Assembly: GCF_030684315.1 (NCBI RefSeq)
Contig: NC_081369.1
Location: 13,616,035 to 13,680,034 of the forward strand
Origin: Stegostoma tigrinum
Taxonomy: Eukaryota
Direction of reading: 5' to 3'
Length of the DNA stretch: 64,000 bases
Of the stretch, positions 52,111 to 64,000 are shown one piece after another. How positions within the stretch are numbered: position 1 is the stretch's first letter; the number at the start of each line of letters is the position of its first letter. Made by a program: the position numbers and the translations under genes. The notes under the pieces were generated by a model. That model saw nothing but the letters and a program-made list of their open reading frames with translations. It did no database searches and was not told the origin of the DNA.

Positions 52111-53764
52111 ATCTTACAGAACTGTGTGGGAAAAATACACTTTCATTAATTCAGTCACTGTAAAACAGTGACAATGAGAATATTACATGGTTTTTTAAAA
52201 TTCACTCGCGGGATGTGGATATCACCAACTGGGCCAGCACATGTTGCCTGCCGCTGGTTGCCCTTGAGAAGGTGGTGGTGAGCTGCCTACTTGAACCACT
52301 GCAGTCCATGTGCTGCAGGTTGACTCACAATGCCCTGAGGGAGGGAATTTTAGGGCTTTGTTCCAAATCGTCTACATCATTTTTGCAATAGATGTTTTAT
52401 TGATTATTGTTTAACTTAATGTGGAGGTCGATTAGTTTTTATAAAATTCTGATATTTGTCATATATAAAAGACCGATGTCACACTTGAATCTGATTGGCT
52501 TAAATATGGTCAAGATGGAGGAAAACCAATTTGTTGGCCTGTTGAGGGTGGTGAGGATGAGAGGGAAAGCTAATTATCAACAGGACGTTTCCTTGCCCAT
52601 GATTGACTTGATGCCATGAGTCTTTATGGGAATTGGAGTCAATGTTGATCATTCCCAGAGCAAGTCACTGGCACATCGTGTGCAAGGTATGACTCTCTGA
52701 ATATGATCATGTCAGGCAGCTGCTTGACTTAGCTGTGGGACTGCCTTTTCAAATTTGGCAGAAACTTCCAGCTGGCAGGGGTGAGTGATTTTGAACAAAT
52801 TGATTTCACCCTGAACTCAACAAGAGAGCTTTCTTCTCAGAAATGAAGATATGAACTGGGCAGCTTCTTCTAAGCGGGTTTTCTTCCAAATCATCATTTA
52901 CAGTTATCTCCACCCAGATGCCCCCATAAAGGACCATAAGACCATAACACATAGGAGCAGAAGTAGGCTATTCTGCCCATCAAATGCACTCTGCCATTCT
53001 CTGAGCTCATGGCTGATCTGATAAACTTCAACTCCACATTCCTGCCTTTTCACCATAACCCTTACTGATTAAAAACCTATTGATCTCAGCCTTGAATTTA
53101 CTTAATGATCCAAACCTGACAGCTCTCTGCAATAAAGAGCTCCACAGATTCATTTTCCTCTGAAAGAAGACATTCCTCTTTAACTCTATCTTAAAAGTGC
53201 AACCCCTTATTCTGAAATTTCACCCTTTGGTTCTAGACTATCCCACAAGGAACAACGGCTTCTCCACATCAACCCTGTCAGTGCTCATTTCCTCAAAGAC
53301 ATGAACGATTAAGAGGGCACAAATGACTGTCTATACAAACCACATCTTTTAAATCCAAGAGAGTGCATGAGCCTCTGCTTCATGTATGAGCATTTGCTCA
53401 TTATTTATAACAGAGCAAAGTTCATGAACCTGAAACTTAATATTTGGTCATGACCTGTCCACTATCTTGACAGCAAGACATCTTGACGGATCAATAAGGT
53501 CAGAGTTGAAGAATTTTAATTAATCTACTGTCTTTATCCTGAAATAAAACTCACTCTTAGCTGCATTCCAATTACTGTGAGTTCATCGCACTTTGAAAAT
53601 AGTTCTTTTTTAATAATAAAGATGTTCTGCCCTCTGTTGGTATCTGGGACAGCACTGCAGGCAGAGAAAGGAGTTTAACATTAATTTATGCACGCCTCCC
53701 ACGACTTGATTATTTAATTCCAGCATGGGACCTCCTGAATTCATCAACATGATTTTAAGTTCAG

Positions 53765-53955
53765 CAGCTTCAAAGGAGCAGGAAAGTTGATGTTATGGGT
53801 CAAGACCCTTCTTCATTCCTGAATGCCCATTTCTGAAGAAGGGTCCTGACCCGAAACATCAGCTTTCCTGCTCCTCTGAAGCTGCCTGGCCTGCTGTGCT
53901 CCTCCAGCTCTATACTGTGTTATTTCTGACTCCAGTGTCTGCAGTTCTTGCGATC
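53765..53955. mobile_element. Palindromic PLE-terminus derivative
   Basis: Inverted arms around cccttcttca...ctgaagaagggtcctgacccgaaacatcagc. Confidence 0.7.
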
Positions 53956-54309
53956 CCATTGCTATAAGTTCACTCTGCATGCACCTCTATTACAAGTCAA
54001 ACTGAGGGGAATGAACAATTGGAAGTGTGCAAAATAGAAATGGAATGCAAAATAATGTCAATTCGCAGTAATGATGCCTCTCATTCTTCTATATTTTGTG
54101 TACATGGCCAATCTACTCAGCCTCTCCTCAAATTACCATCCTTCCTGGTATCATCTGTGTGAACCTTCTCCGAACTGCCTCCAATGCCAGTATAGGTTTC
54201 TTTAGATAGAAAACTCAAAACTGTTCACAATATTCCGATTGTGGCCTGACTCATGACATTTGGGCAGGTGATTGTCTAGTGGTATTATTGGTAGTGGTAT
54301 CAAGTGGAT

Positions 54310-55350
54310 GGCCGTGTGGAGGGCTACTTTTCAGCCTGGAGCCCTGTGACCAATGGTGTGCCACAAGGATCGGTGCTGGGTCCACTGCTTTTTGTCATTT
54401 AAGTAAATGATTTGGATGTGAACATAAGAGGTACGGTTAATAAGTTTGCAGATGATACTAAAATTGGTAATGTAATAGAGAGTGAAGAAGGTTACCTCAG
54501 TCTATAAATGGGATCTTGATGGGTTGGGCCAATGGGCTGAGGAGTGGCAGATTGAGTTTAATTTAGATAAATGTGAGGTGCTGCATTTTGGAAAAGCAAA
54601 TCGGTGCAGGACTTATTCAGTTAGTGGTAAGGCCCTGGGGAGTGTTGCTGAACAGTGAGACCTTAGACTACAGGTTTAATGCTCCTTTAAAGTGGAGTCA
54701 TGGGTAGTTAGGATAATGAAGAAGGCATTTGGTAGGTTTGCTTTTATTGGCCAATGAATTGATTACAGGAGTTGGGAGGTCATGTTGTAGCTGTACAGGG
54801 CATTCCTTCGGACACTTTTGGAATGTTGCATGCAATTCTGGTCTCTGTGTTATAGGAAGAATGTTGTGAAACTAGAAAGAGTTCAAAAACAATTTGTAAG
54901 GATGCTGCCAGGATTGGAGGGTTTGTGCTATAGGGAGAGGTTGAATTGGCTGGGCTTATTTTTCCTGGAGTGTCAGAGATTGGGGTGTGACCCTACAGAA
55001 GTTTATAACATCATGAGGGGCATGGATAGGGTAAATAGGCAAGGTCTTTTCTCCAGGGCGAGGGCATAGGTTTGATGTGAGAGGGGAATGATATAAAAGG
55101 GGCCAAAGAGGCAACTTTTTCACAATGAGGGTGGTGCATATATGGAATGAACTGTCAGAGGAAGTGGTGGAGGCTGGTACAATTACAACATTTAAAAGGC
55201 ATCTGGATGGGTAAAAGAATAGGAACGGTTTAGAGGGATATGGGCCAAATGCTGGCAAATGGGAGTAGATTTATATAAGATATCTGGTTGGCATGGACGC
55301 TTTGGACTGAAGGATCTGTTTCTGTGCTGTATATCTTGGTGACTCTATAA
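54310..55350 (+). mobile_element. CR1 LINE 3' ~1 kb
   Basis: GVPQGSVLGPLLFVI, KLERVQK and YRERL motifs. Confidence 0.88.
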
Positions 55351-57197
55351 CTGTTAATCCAGAGACATAGATAATGGTCTAGGGACCAAGGTTCAAATCC
55401 CACCATGGTGGAATTTGAACTCAATAAAAATAAATCAGGAATTAAGAGTCTTATGTTGACCGTGATTTCATTGTCAATTGTTTGGAGAAACCCATGTGAT
55501 TCACTGATGTCCTTTTAGGGAAGGAAGCTGCCAGCCCTATCTCGTCACTTTGAGTGTTGGTAATTTTACTGTTCAAATTTAAGATACTCCTGCCTGTACA
55601 GTATGCCTGACTTTATTTCAGTTCTGTTTTCTGCTCACTGTTTCAGTGATGATGATACATATCCCCCTCTTACTGGCCCAGTGATAGCCACACAGTCAGA
55701 GGACTCACTAGTTCACAGTAATTCCACCTTCCCAAATTCCACATCCCGTTCATCCCACAAACTATTTGCACCTCTGTCCTTCACATTCCCCATACGTTAC
55801 CCATGAGCACTGCCCCTTTCAGATACCCAAGTGCTATCCCTTGGCCAGGCAGTGATGTGGGAGGCTGAAGACAAAAGGAAGAAGAAATTGATGAGGAACA
55901 CTAGGCCCGACACTGTCAGTGACCAGCTCTGAAACTGACACTGCACATTCTATAGACGGTGGCAGAAAGGAGGATCTGTACGTAGAGAGTTACCAGGCAC
56001 AAGCGGACTTCAGCCAGGACTGAGTGGAAAGGATTATATATTCCCAGCTCCAAGGGGGGCTGTGGTTACAGATGGCTCCTGCTGCAAGTTCCTCAGATGG
56101 GGGCTTCAGTTGGAGTGTACAGGAAAACTTGGATTCATATGCATACAGAAATGCTTAATACATTAACAGGCTAATCAGCAAGTCTGGGCTCACTGTCAAC
56201 AAGAAAGGTGCAGCTTGGCTCCAACTTGGCACAAAGCTTTCCTTTCCGTCGGGAAAATGGTGGCCAATTTCAAGGAGGGATACAACCCCATTCCAACATT
56301 TGATATTGTGTCCAGGAGGAAGGTCTGGACTGTAGACCTTGTGCTGAAGCTGAAGCCCATCCTTTCCAGCAGGGAAATGGTGGCCAATTCCATGGCAGGA
56401 ATTTTCTGGTCCCGTGGGGGCAAGTTTGAAGGTGGGACCAGGAGGAAAATCTACAATATCAATGCCAGGTCTGCAGATCAATACGTTTCCCCCTTTGATT
56501 GAGCCTCTGGCAAGACTGTCAACACTGCAGAGGCTAATGGGAATGTGCAATGAAATAGAATTCATCAATAACTTCATAGTAAAGGCATTTCAAGTCAACA
56601 GTGACTGTAACATGATAGAATTTCAGCTCAGCTTGAAGTTGTGAAGTGTGGGTCTAAAACTAATAAAATAAACCTAAACGAAGGGAATTATGAGGACATG
56701 AAGGCACAACTGCTTTGAGAACTCAGTAACTAGGTTAAAGGATACAATTGTAATGACCAAGTGTCAGAATTTTAAGGTGATATTGAATAATTCTAAGCAA
56801 GATCTTATCCTAGTGAGAAAGAAAGATTTTGAGAAGACTACGTAATCCAGACCTGAAAAGGAAGTTAAGGATGTTATCAAATTGAAGGAAACATTGTACA
56901 AATCTGTGAGGATTTATATTTGTGTGCCTTATACAACTACCAACATTCTTAGCATTTCTTAACTTGTTACATCACTTTTCACTTGGGACAAGGTATCCAC
57001 ATTTACATTATCTTTTCCAGCAATAATCTTTACGGTAAATGGTTTAAATAAAAGACTTCTTCTAAGTAGTCTCACATTTTGATTTTTTAAATTTTCAATG
57101 AATGCACAGTGGATTCTCAACCATGTAGATTATGGTTCTCTGTCACTTCATCGAATGTAGATTTCAAAGTGTTAAAAAGCTGGTAGCACTCCCAAAC

Positions 57198-57412
57198 TGA
57201 GAGATAGTAGGAACGGCTGATGCTGGAATCAGAAGTATGAAAGCGTAGAGCTGGAGGAACACAGCAGGCCAGGCAGGATCAGAGGAGCAGCAAAGCTGAC
57301 GTTTTGAGTCGGGACCCTTCTTCAGGTTGTTTCTGAAGAAGGGTCCTGCCTTGAAACATCAGCTCCTCTGATGCTGCCTGGCCTGCTGCGTTCATCCAGC
57401 TCCACACTGTGT
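57198..57412. mobile_element. Palindromic PLE-terminus derivative
   Basis: Inverted arms around gacccttcttcag..ctgaagaagggtc. Confidence 0.7.
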
Positions 57413-57919
57413 TAGTAATCCAAAATTTGTGTTTTATACAGTCGTGCGCTTCCTCTGGCCCATTTCCTCAGAGAGATCCTCCACTGGCTTCTCAATTCTT
57501 TGCTCATGATCCTGCAACAGGAATGAAGTGATCCCTAGGTCACCAGCATCAATTGCCATTTTGAAAAATAAGGGGCAGCCAACACTTGTTCATTCATTAG
57601 GAATGTCTTCAGGATCTCAAAAGCTGCCTGGTGTTCTGCTGACATTTCACTCAACCTTCAGCAAAAAATCTCATGATTTCCCACTTAATTTTAGGAACAG
57701 GAACTTCTAGTTGAGCCTTCACTTTTACTGTCTTTGGCAATGCAATCCTACAATTTGTCTTCGGTAAGTTACTCTTCTTTTGTGAATTCACCTTTGGCTA
57801 AATTTGTTAGTAAACCGATCAGTAGTAATTGCTTAGACATATCTTCCAATCATTTCTCATTGTTTCCAAAGTGCTATACATTGCAACATTGTCTAGATAA
57901 ATTTAGCAGGACTTGACTA

Positions 57920-59020
57920 GAGAGCCTCAGGTGAATGAGACCCTCGGGGACAGTGACCATAATGTGATAGAATTCATCCTGCAGTTTGAGAGGGAGAAGT
58001 TAGAATTAATTATAACGATATTGCAATTCAGTAGAGGTAACTACAAAGACATGAGGGAGGAGCTGGCCAGAGTTTTTTGAAAGGAGAGCCTATCAGGGAA
58101 GATGGTGGAACAGTGATAGCAGGAACTTCTGGGGGTAAGTTGGGAGGTACAGCAGAAATTTATCCCAAGGAAAAAGAAACATACTAAGAGGAGGATGAAG
58201 TAACCAGGACAGACAAGGGAAATCAGGGACAACATAAAAGCAAAAGGAAAAGCATACAACATGGTGAAGATTAGTGGGAAGCCAGAGGATTGTGAAGCCT
58301 TTAAAAATCAGCAGAGAGAGAGAAAAAAAAACAGTTAGGGAGAAGATGAAATCTAAGGGGTAAGTTAGCTAGTAATATAAAGGGGGACAGCAGTAGTTTA
58401 TTTTTAGAGATATAAAAAGTAAGAGAGAGGCAAGAGTGGACATTGGGCCACTGAAAAATGAGGCTGGAGAAATAGTAATGGGGAACAAGGAAATGGAGGA
58501 GAAACTGAATAAATACTTTACAGCAGTCTTCACAGTGGGAGACATCAGCAACACCATAGCTACAGAGGTGGAGCAGGGGTAAAGTGAGTGTAGTGGCCAA
58601 CACTAAGGAAATGGTGCTAGGGAAGCTGAAAGGCCTGAAGGAGGATAAATCACCCAGACCAAAGGGACCACAGCCCTGAATTCCAAAGAAGAAAGCTAAG
58701 GAGGTTGTACAGGTATTGGTGATGTTCTTTCAGGAATCACTGGAATCAGGAAGGATCCCAGAGAACTGAAAAATGACTAATGTAAAGCCACTTTTTAAGA
58801 AGGGAGGAAGGCTCAAGACAGGGAACTATAGGCTGGTTGGCCTGGCCTTAATCATTGGTAAGATTTCAAGCATAAGATTGCAAAATACTTTGAAGCGCAT
58901 GGTAAAACAGAAGTGCTGAGGAAAAACATCTTCACCCGGAGAGTGGTGAATATATGGAATGTTCTGCCCCAGAAGGCAGTGGAGGCCAAGTCTCTGGATA
59001 CCTTCAAGAAAGAGATGGGA
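57920..59020 (+). mobile_element. CR1 ORF2 fragment
   Basis: SDHN endonuclease end, linker region, NVxPLFKKG..GNYR. Confidence 0.8.
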
Positions 59021-59129
59021 AATGCTGGAGTACCTCACCTTTTTTTCTTGCCTGATGCTGCTGCAAAAGAGTCCTGTTTGTTGATAGTCGCTAAGGCACA
59101 GCATCTCCGTCCAGCTAAAGAGTGCTTGG

Positions 59130-60730
59130 AAACTCTCTTCCCCCTCCACTGGGGAGAATCCAACTCTGCCCTTGTCTCTGTCAGTGGCTCCTTCACATTT
59201 GCTTCACCCTGTGTCAGCCCCAGCCTGGGGGCAAGGGATCACTCTTGTGTATTTCCCTGAGCAACTAAACACCACAAGGAGCTCGAACAGTTCATCCACT
59301 TTACTAACACCTTCCACCCCAACTTTAAGTTCACCTGGACCATCTCTGATACCTCTCTCTCCATCCTAGACCTCTCTGTCTCCATCTCTGGTAGCCACCT
59401 GGAAACTGATATCTGTTTCACACTCCCACAGCTATCAAGACTATACTTCCTCTCACCCACCTTCCTGCAAGAATGCTAACCCCTATTCCAAATTCCTTTG
59501 CCTCTGCCCCATCTGCTCCCAAGATGAGGCATTCCACTCCCAGACATCCCAGATGTTCTCATTTTGCAAGGACGCAATTTCCCCTCTGCAGTGGTCCAAA
59601 ACACCCTCAACCACAATCTTGTGTTTCCCACACCTCAGCCCTCACACCCACTTCCCACAGTAACAACAAAGACAGAATTCCCCTTGTCCTCACATATCAC
59701 CCCATTAACTTCCGGATTCGATGCATCATTCTCTGCCACTTCCACCACCTGAAATCTGACCCCACTACAAAGGATATATTTCACTCTGCACCCCTATCTG
59801 TCTTCCAGAGGAAGCACTCCCTACATGATTCTCTCATCCACACCACACTCTCCACTAGCCCCAACACCCTTTGCCCTGCAGGAGGTGCTACACCTGCCCC
59901 TACACCTCCCCCCTCAACCCCAGTCCAGGCCCCAAGGAAACCTTCAAAATTAAACAGATGCTCACCTCCACATCCGCTAATGTGGTGTATTGTATCCGCT
60001 GTTCCTGGTGTAGTCTCCTCTACATCGGGGAAACCAAGTGGAGGCTTGGAGACCACTTTGTGGAACACCGATGCTCGGTCCGTGACAAATGACAATAACT
60101 CTCAGTCATGAGCCACTTCAACTACCCCTCCTACTCCTTGGGTGACATGTCCATCCTGGGCCTCCACCAGTGCCACAATGATGCCACCTAAAGGCTGGAG
60201 GAACAGCACCTCATATTCCACCTGGGAACCCTACAGCCCAATCTTCCAAATGTGGATTTTACTAGCTTCAAAATCTCGCGACCACTGACCTCATCATCCC
60301 TGGCTCCTTGTCCTGTCCATCTTTTCTCCCACCTATCCGCTCCTCCCACCTCACTGACCAAGCCCCAACCCCACTTCCTACCTACTAGCCTCATCCCTGC
60401 CTCCTTGACCTGTCTGTCTTCCCTCCCACTTGCCCTCCCCTCCCTCCTCAGTGACCAACCCCCATCCCAACTCCTACACTCACCTTTACTGGCTTCATCC
60501 ATGCCTCTTTGACCTGTATGTCTTCTCTCCACCTATCTGCTCCTCTATCCATCTTCTATCATCACCTCCCCCTCTCTCTATTTAGTTCAGAATCCTCTTC
60601 CCCTGCCCTGTTCCTGAAGAAAGGTCCAGACGTGAAACATCAGTCTTCCTGCTCCTCTGATGCTGTGTTCATCCAGCTCCACACCTTGTTATCTCAGATT
60701 GTCCAGCTTCAGCAGTTCCTCCTATCCCTG
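59130..60730 (+). mobile_element. Penelope-like element 3' half (RT end, GIY-YIG, terminal repeat), frameshifted
   Basis: ANVVYCIRCSWCSLLYIGETKWRLGDHFVEH and RIPLVLTYHP motifs; same 3' terminal sequence as 21.6-21.8 kb. Confidence 0.88.
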
Positions 60731-61149
60731 GAGGGGACCAGGCTGTTTACATCTGGCCACTTTTAGTTTCTGATTGCTGCAAGGAGGGGGCGGAGGGGGA
60801 TGGAAAGAGATGTTCCCCCAGAAACCCTAGCGGAGGGGGTTGGCATGACCCAATGTTGGGGTAGGGCAGGAGTGGGGGCAGTTTGGGGGCAAAGGGAGGG
60901 AAGAGTTTGTGGGATAACAAGGTGTAGAGCTAGCTGAAGGCAGCAGGCCAGGCAGTATCAGAGGAGCAGGAAAGCTTTCAGGTCTGGAGATAGTAGGAAC
61001 TGCAGATGGTGGAGAATCTGAGATAATAAGGTGTAGAGATGGATGAACACAGCAGGCCAAGCAGCATCAGAGGGGCAGGAAGGCTGATGTTTCGGGCCTA
61101 GACCCTTCTTCAGAAATGGGGGAAGGAGGGGGTGGGGGTGCGAAGGCAA

Positions 61150-61638
61150 GGAGGGGTCTAATGGAGAGAGTCCGTGATAGCTGCTGAGAGCCTGGGGCTG
61201 GTTGGGTGTTGGGGAAAGTCCATCCCCAGGGTGCGGACGGGGTTCCCTGAGCACTAACAACCAGGGGAGGTGAGTGCTCAGGGATCTAGCACAGCCAGCG
61301 TCACGGAAAGTGGTGGTTTCACGGTGAGCAGGTTGAGATCTTAAACAAGAGGGAGGATGGGAGGGGGCAGGCTTCTTGACTAATGGGGGCGGGGTGATTG
61401 ATCCTCTGGTATAATTTCTCCGTTATCTTTCGGGGAGATCTGGCAGTTTGTCAGCTGTGTGTCTGTGTGTGTGTGTCTGTCTCTCGCTCTGTCTGTGTGT
61501 GTGTGTGTGTGTGCAGGGTGGGAAGCCGATTGTGGGAGCGGATCCGAAAACCGCAGTTTGAACCTGTGGAAAAGGGATACAGGGAGGGAAATCTCTGCTC
61601 TTATCCCTTTTCAGAAGCAGCCTGGCCCCGGTTTGAAC
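61150..61638 (+). promoter_or_regulatory. CpG-rich promoter region of the V-J gene
   Basis: CpG density rises sharply relative to the rest of the window. Contains GC box GGGGGCGGGG (~61385), kappaB-like GGGAAAGTCC (61212-61221) and an interrupted (TG)n tract (~61456-61512) just upstream of the ATG. Confidence 0.5.
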
Positions 61639-61699
61639 ATGAACAGCCGCTTGGCCGCTCGCTGCGGGCTCGCTGTCCTTTCGACCTTCCTTTGGGCAG
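61639..61699 (+). CDS. Leader (signal peptide) exon of an Ig-superfamily V-J receptor gene, MNSRLAARCGLAVLSTFLWA
   Basis: ATG at 61639; 20 codons plus 1 nt with basic N-region and hydrophobic core; donor CAG|GTAGG at 61700. The phase-1 end matches the V exon 273 nt downstream. Confidence 0.85.
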
Positions 61700-61972
61700 G
61701 TAGGACTCACCACAGTCTCAGGGACCCTCTGCCTTCTCTTCGCCTCCTTCATTTGAAAGAAATCCTCTTGTCCCCCTAACTCTCTCTTCCCCCAAGATTC
61801 TAAGGACATCCCGCGGTAATGGGGGAGGGAAAAGGCGCTATATAAATATTGTGCCCGCTCTTGAGGAGATCCCGAATTTGATTTCCCCCTGTCCGCCCCG
61901 TGCCTGCTGCTTCCTGCACCATTCCTGTTGGTTCCCGTCTGTGATAGTTTTTTTTCCCGCCTCTCTCCACAG

Positions 61973-62290
61973 TCTTTGCGAATTCCAGCTTCAAAGTAGC
62001 TCAGTATCCCGAAATCCTGAACCAGACCGTCGGCTCCAACGCGACTTTCTACTGCACCTTCCCGTTTGCTCGGGATGTGTCCAGGGTCCGGGTGAGCTGG
62101 TGGAGGGACGACGAGCAGGATTTCCTCCGGGAAAAGAAGGATTCCAGGTATCACTTTGAAATCCGGAATAAAGCCAGCGCCGCCTTCCACCTCCGGGGCG
62201 TGGATGTCTCCGACTCCGGGCTCTACTTCTGCCGCGTTAACAACGAGGGCAAGGTGGCGATCGGGAGCGGCACCCGGCTCCTGGTGACCG
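61973..62290 (+). CDS. Germline-joined V-J Ig domain exon, NKp30/NCR3-like non-rearranging receptor
   Basis: Strong acceptor (tttttttcccgcctctctccacAG), 318 nt open phase 1-1, donor G|GTAAGT. Translation VFANSSFKVAQYPEILNQTVGSNATFYCTFPFARDVSRVRVSWWRDDEQDFLREKKDSRYHFEIRNKASAAFHLRGVDVSDSGLYFCRVNNEGKVAIGSGTRLLVT has B-strand Cys, C-strand Trp, DxGxYxC and the J-type GxGTxLxV motif. The NKp30 resemblance is from memory of the family, not a search. Confidence 0.9.
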
Positions 62291-62789
62291 GTAAGTCAAT
62301 CCCATTTACACCCTTACCCCAACTCAGCACGGCCGGGGACGATTGCGCGAACGGGAGGCTTTTTTAATCTGAGTCAGACCCCAGGTCAGGGAGAGAGTAT
62401 CCCAGGCAGGAACCTAAATCATTGCTGGCAAACTTCCTGAACCCCAGCTCCAGAGGGACAGAAGCTAGGCTGCTGGAAAAGCTCAGCAGGTCTGGCAGCG
62501 TCTGTGAAGGAGAAAATAGAGTTAACGTTTCGGGTCCGCTTACCCTTCCTCAGAACTGATTCATTCATTCAGAGGTAGTAAGAACTGCCGATGCTGGAGT
62601 TAGAGATGAGACGGTCCAGTTCCGCAATGTGTTACCTGTGACCCATTCGTTCCTCTGTCTTCGAGACTGCCTTTATTTATCACCCGGGAATATTGGCCCG
62701 GGGACCGAGAGACGGCGATTACCACGTGTTTCAGTCATGAGTTATTTCTCACTCCACTGCAGAGTCAAACTGGAAAACTCTCCACTAAA

Positions 62790-63420
62790 GCAAAACAGAT
62801 TGTAAATGAGCAAATGAAATTTTGGCATTTATTGCTCAAGGAATAGAGTGTAAAAGTGAGGAAATGTTGCCGCACCTGTACAAGGCTATAGTGAGACCAC
62901 ACTCGGAGTGTTGCACAAAGTGTTGGTCTCTTTGAGGAGGGATGTAGTTGTGTCGGAGGCAGTTCAGAGGAGGTTCCCAGATTGCTTCCAGACATGAGGG
63001 GTTTGTCTTAGGGAGAGAGATTGAGCAGTTTCGGCCCATACTGTCTGGAGTTTAGCAGAATTAGAAAAGATCTAATCGAGGTGCAGAAGATGCTAAAGAC
63101 GATTGACAAAGTAGACATAGAGAGAATGTTTCCCCTTGTGGGTAAACTAGGAGAGGTTATAATTTTTGGACTGGGGTAGCAGATTTAAAACAGAACTGAG
63201 GAGCAATTACTTCTCTGAGGGTCGCGAATCTACGGGAATTCCCTACCCCAGAGTGCGACGGATGTCTGTGGCACCTAATAAATTTAAGTAGGAGACAGAA
63301 TTTTAATGATTTAATAGGTTAAAGGAAGGCAAATGAAGTTGAGGTGAAGATGAGACCAATGCTGATCATGTTGAATGCCGGAGTAGCCTCTGAATTGCTT
63401 ACTCCTGCATCTAGTTTTAT
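62790..63420 (+). mobile_element. CR1 3' fragment in the intron downstream of the V-J exon
   Basis: LYKAIVRPHSE motif and CR1 3' tail. Confidence 0.75.
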
Positions 63421-64000
63421 GACCCTCCGGACCCTGTGCCTCTGCAAAAGCCTGGGTTTTTTGGGACCACATGAGCAGGGATTGAATATCCCGGGGATGG
63501 AGAATCCCCCTGGATAACCGTCCGACGGCGCCTCTGTGCCCATTTAATCCTCATTCCAATCAGTTTACCCCTGGCTGACCATGAGTTTCTGAGCCTAGCG
63601 GACATGTAATTTTCCAGCCTTTCCCCGCAACCCTTCCCAACTTTCACTGAAAGGCAGACGAAACCGCGATTGAAATCCTGCTGAACATGAGCTGTAGCGG
63701 ATGCGCTCTTTCTCTTTAGTGTTACACGGGCGGTATGTAACACATTTACCCGGGGAGAGAGAATTAGACCTGCGAGTGATCAAACATAAACAAAAACTTT
63801 AGACTTAAAATTACTCAGTGGGGGTCTGTATTAAAATTTACAAATTCTAACATGCACATAAAATCAAACTCCATTAATTAGCGGATTCCTTTACTCGGTT
63901 ATTGCCTACAGTGAGATGGAATGGACAACAGTTGAGGGTTGTAATGAGTTAACGCAGTGACAATATTTCACAAACGCTTGGCGAGTTTATATCATTATCT

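Noticed and set aside
56155-56644. Overlapping ORFs with an internal repeat (cctttcc..aaatggtggccaatt)
   Set aside because: Looks like MITE or CR1 debris; no coherent protein.
61423-62190. 255-aa minus-strand ORF
   Set aside because: Antisense shadow of the GC-rich V-J gene that runs through a (TG)n repeat.
62230-62300. Rearranging V gene segment (Ig/TCR locus)
   Set aside because: No CACAGTG after YFC, the J strand is already fused, and no D/J/RSS arrays were seen in the window.
1-64000. CRISPR arrays, operons or prokaryotic defence systems
   Set aside because: The sequence is vertebrate-type with spliceosomal introns and retroelements; no regularly spaced repeat-spacer array was seen.

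Overview
Eukaryotic, repeat-dominated genomic DNA, almost certainly from a cartilaginous fish (elasmobranch). The evidence is several HE1-type V-SINEs, many CR1 LINE fragments and abundant Penelope-like (RT + GIY-YIG) elements. Much of the window is decayed, nested mobile DNA: CR1, Penelope-like elements (PLEs), a Tx1/L1 fragment, a Gypsy LTR retrotransposon with both LTRs, a probable solo LTR and possible Harbinger Myb/SANT remnants. Most ORF-track entries are repeat-derived noise. One host gene is well supported. It is a + strand Ig-superfamily gene at the right end, with a leader exon (61639-61699) and one germline-joined V-J exon (61973-62290) that resembles NKp30/NCR3, has no RSS and is unusually compact; its remaining exons were not confidently found in the window. 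The best unexplained signals are three. (1) A duplicated ~0.8 kb minus-strand unit (41.7-42.5 kb and 49.2-50.1 kb) with a conserved STAT/GAS site, a conserved splice donor and an 88%-identical core that reads as a Gly-rich micropeptide and also folds as a hairpin. (2) A family of short fold-back PLE derivatives carrying hammerhead-ribozyme-like cores, several flanked by 14-17 bp target-site duplications. (3) A weakly supported chain of phase-compatible minus-strand exons. Repeat boundaries are approximate unless stated. No database search was possible.
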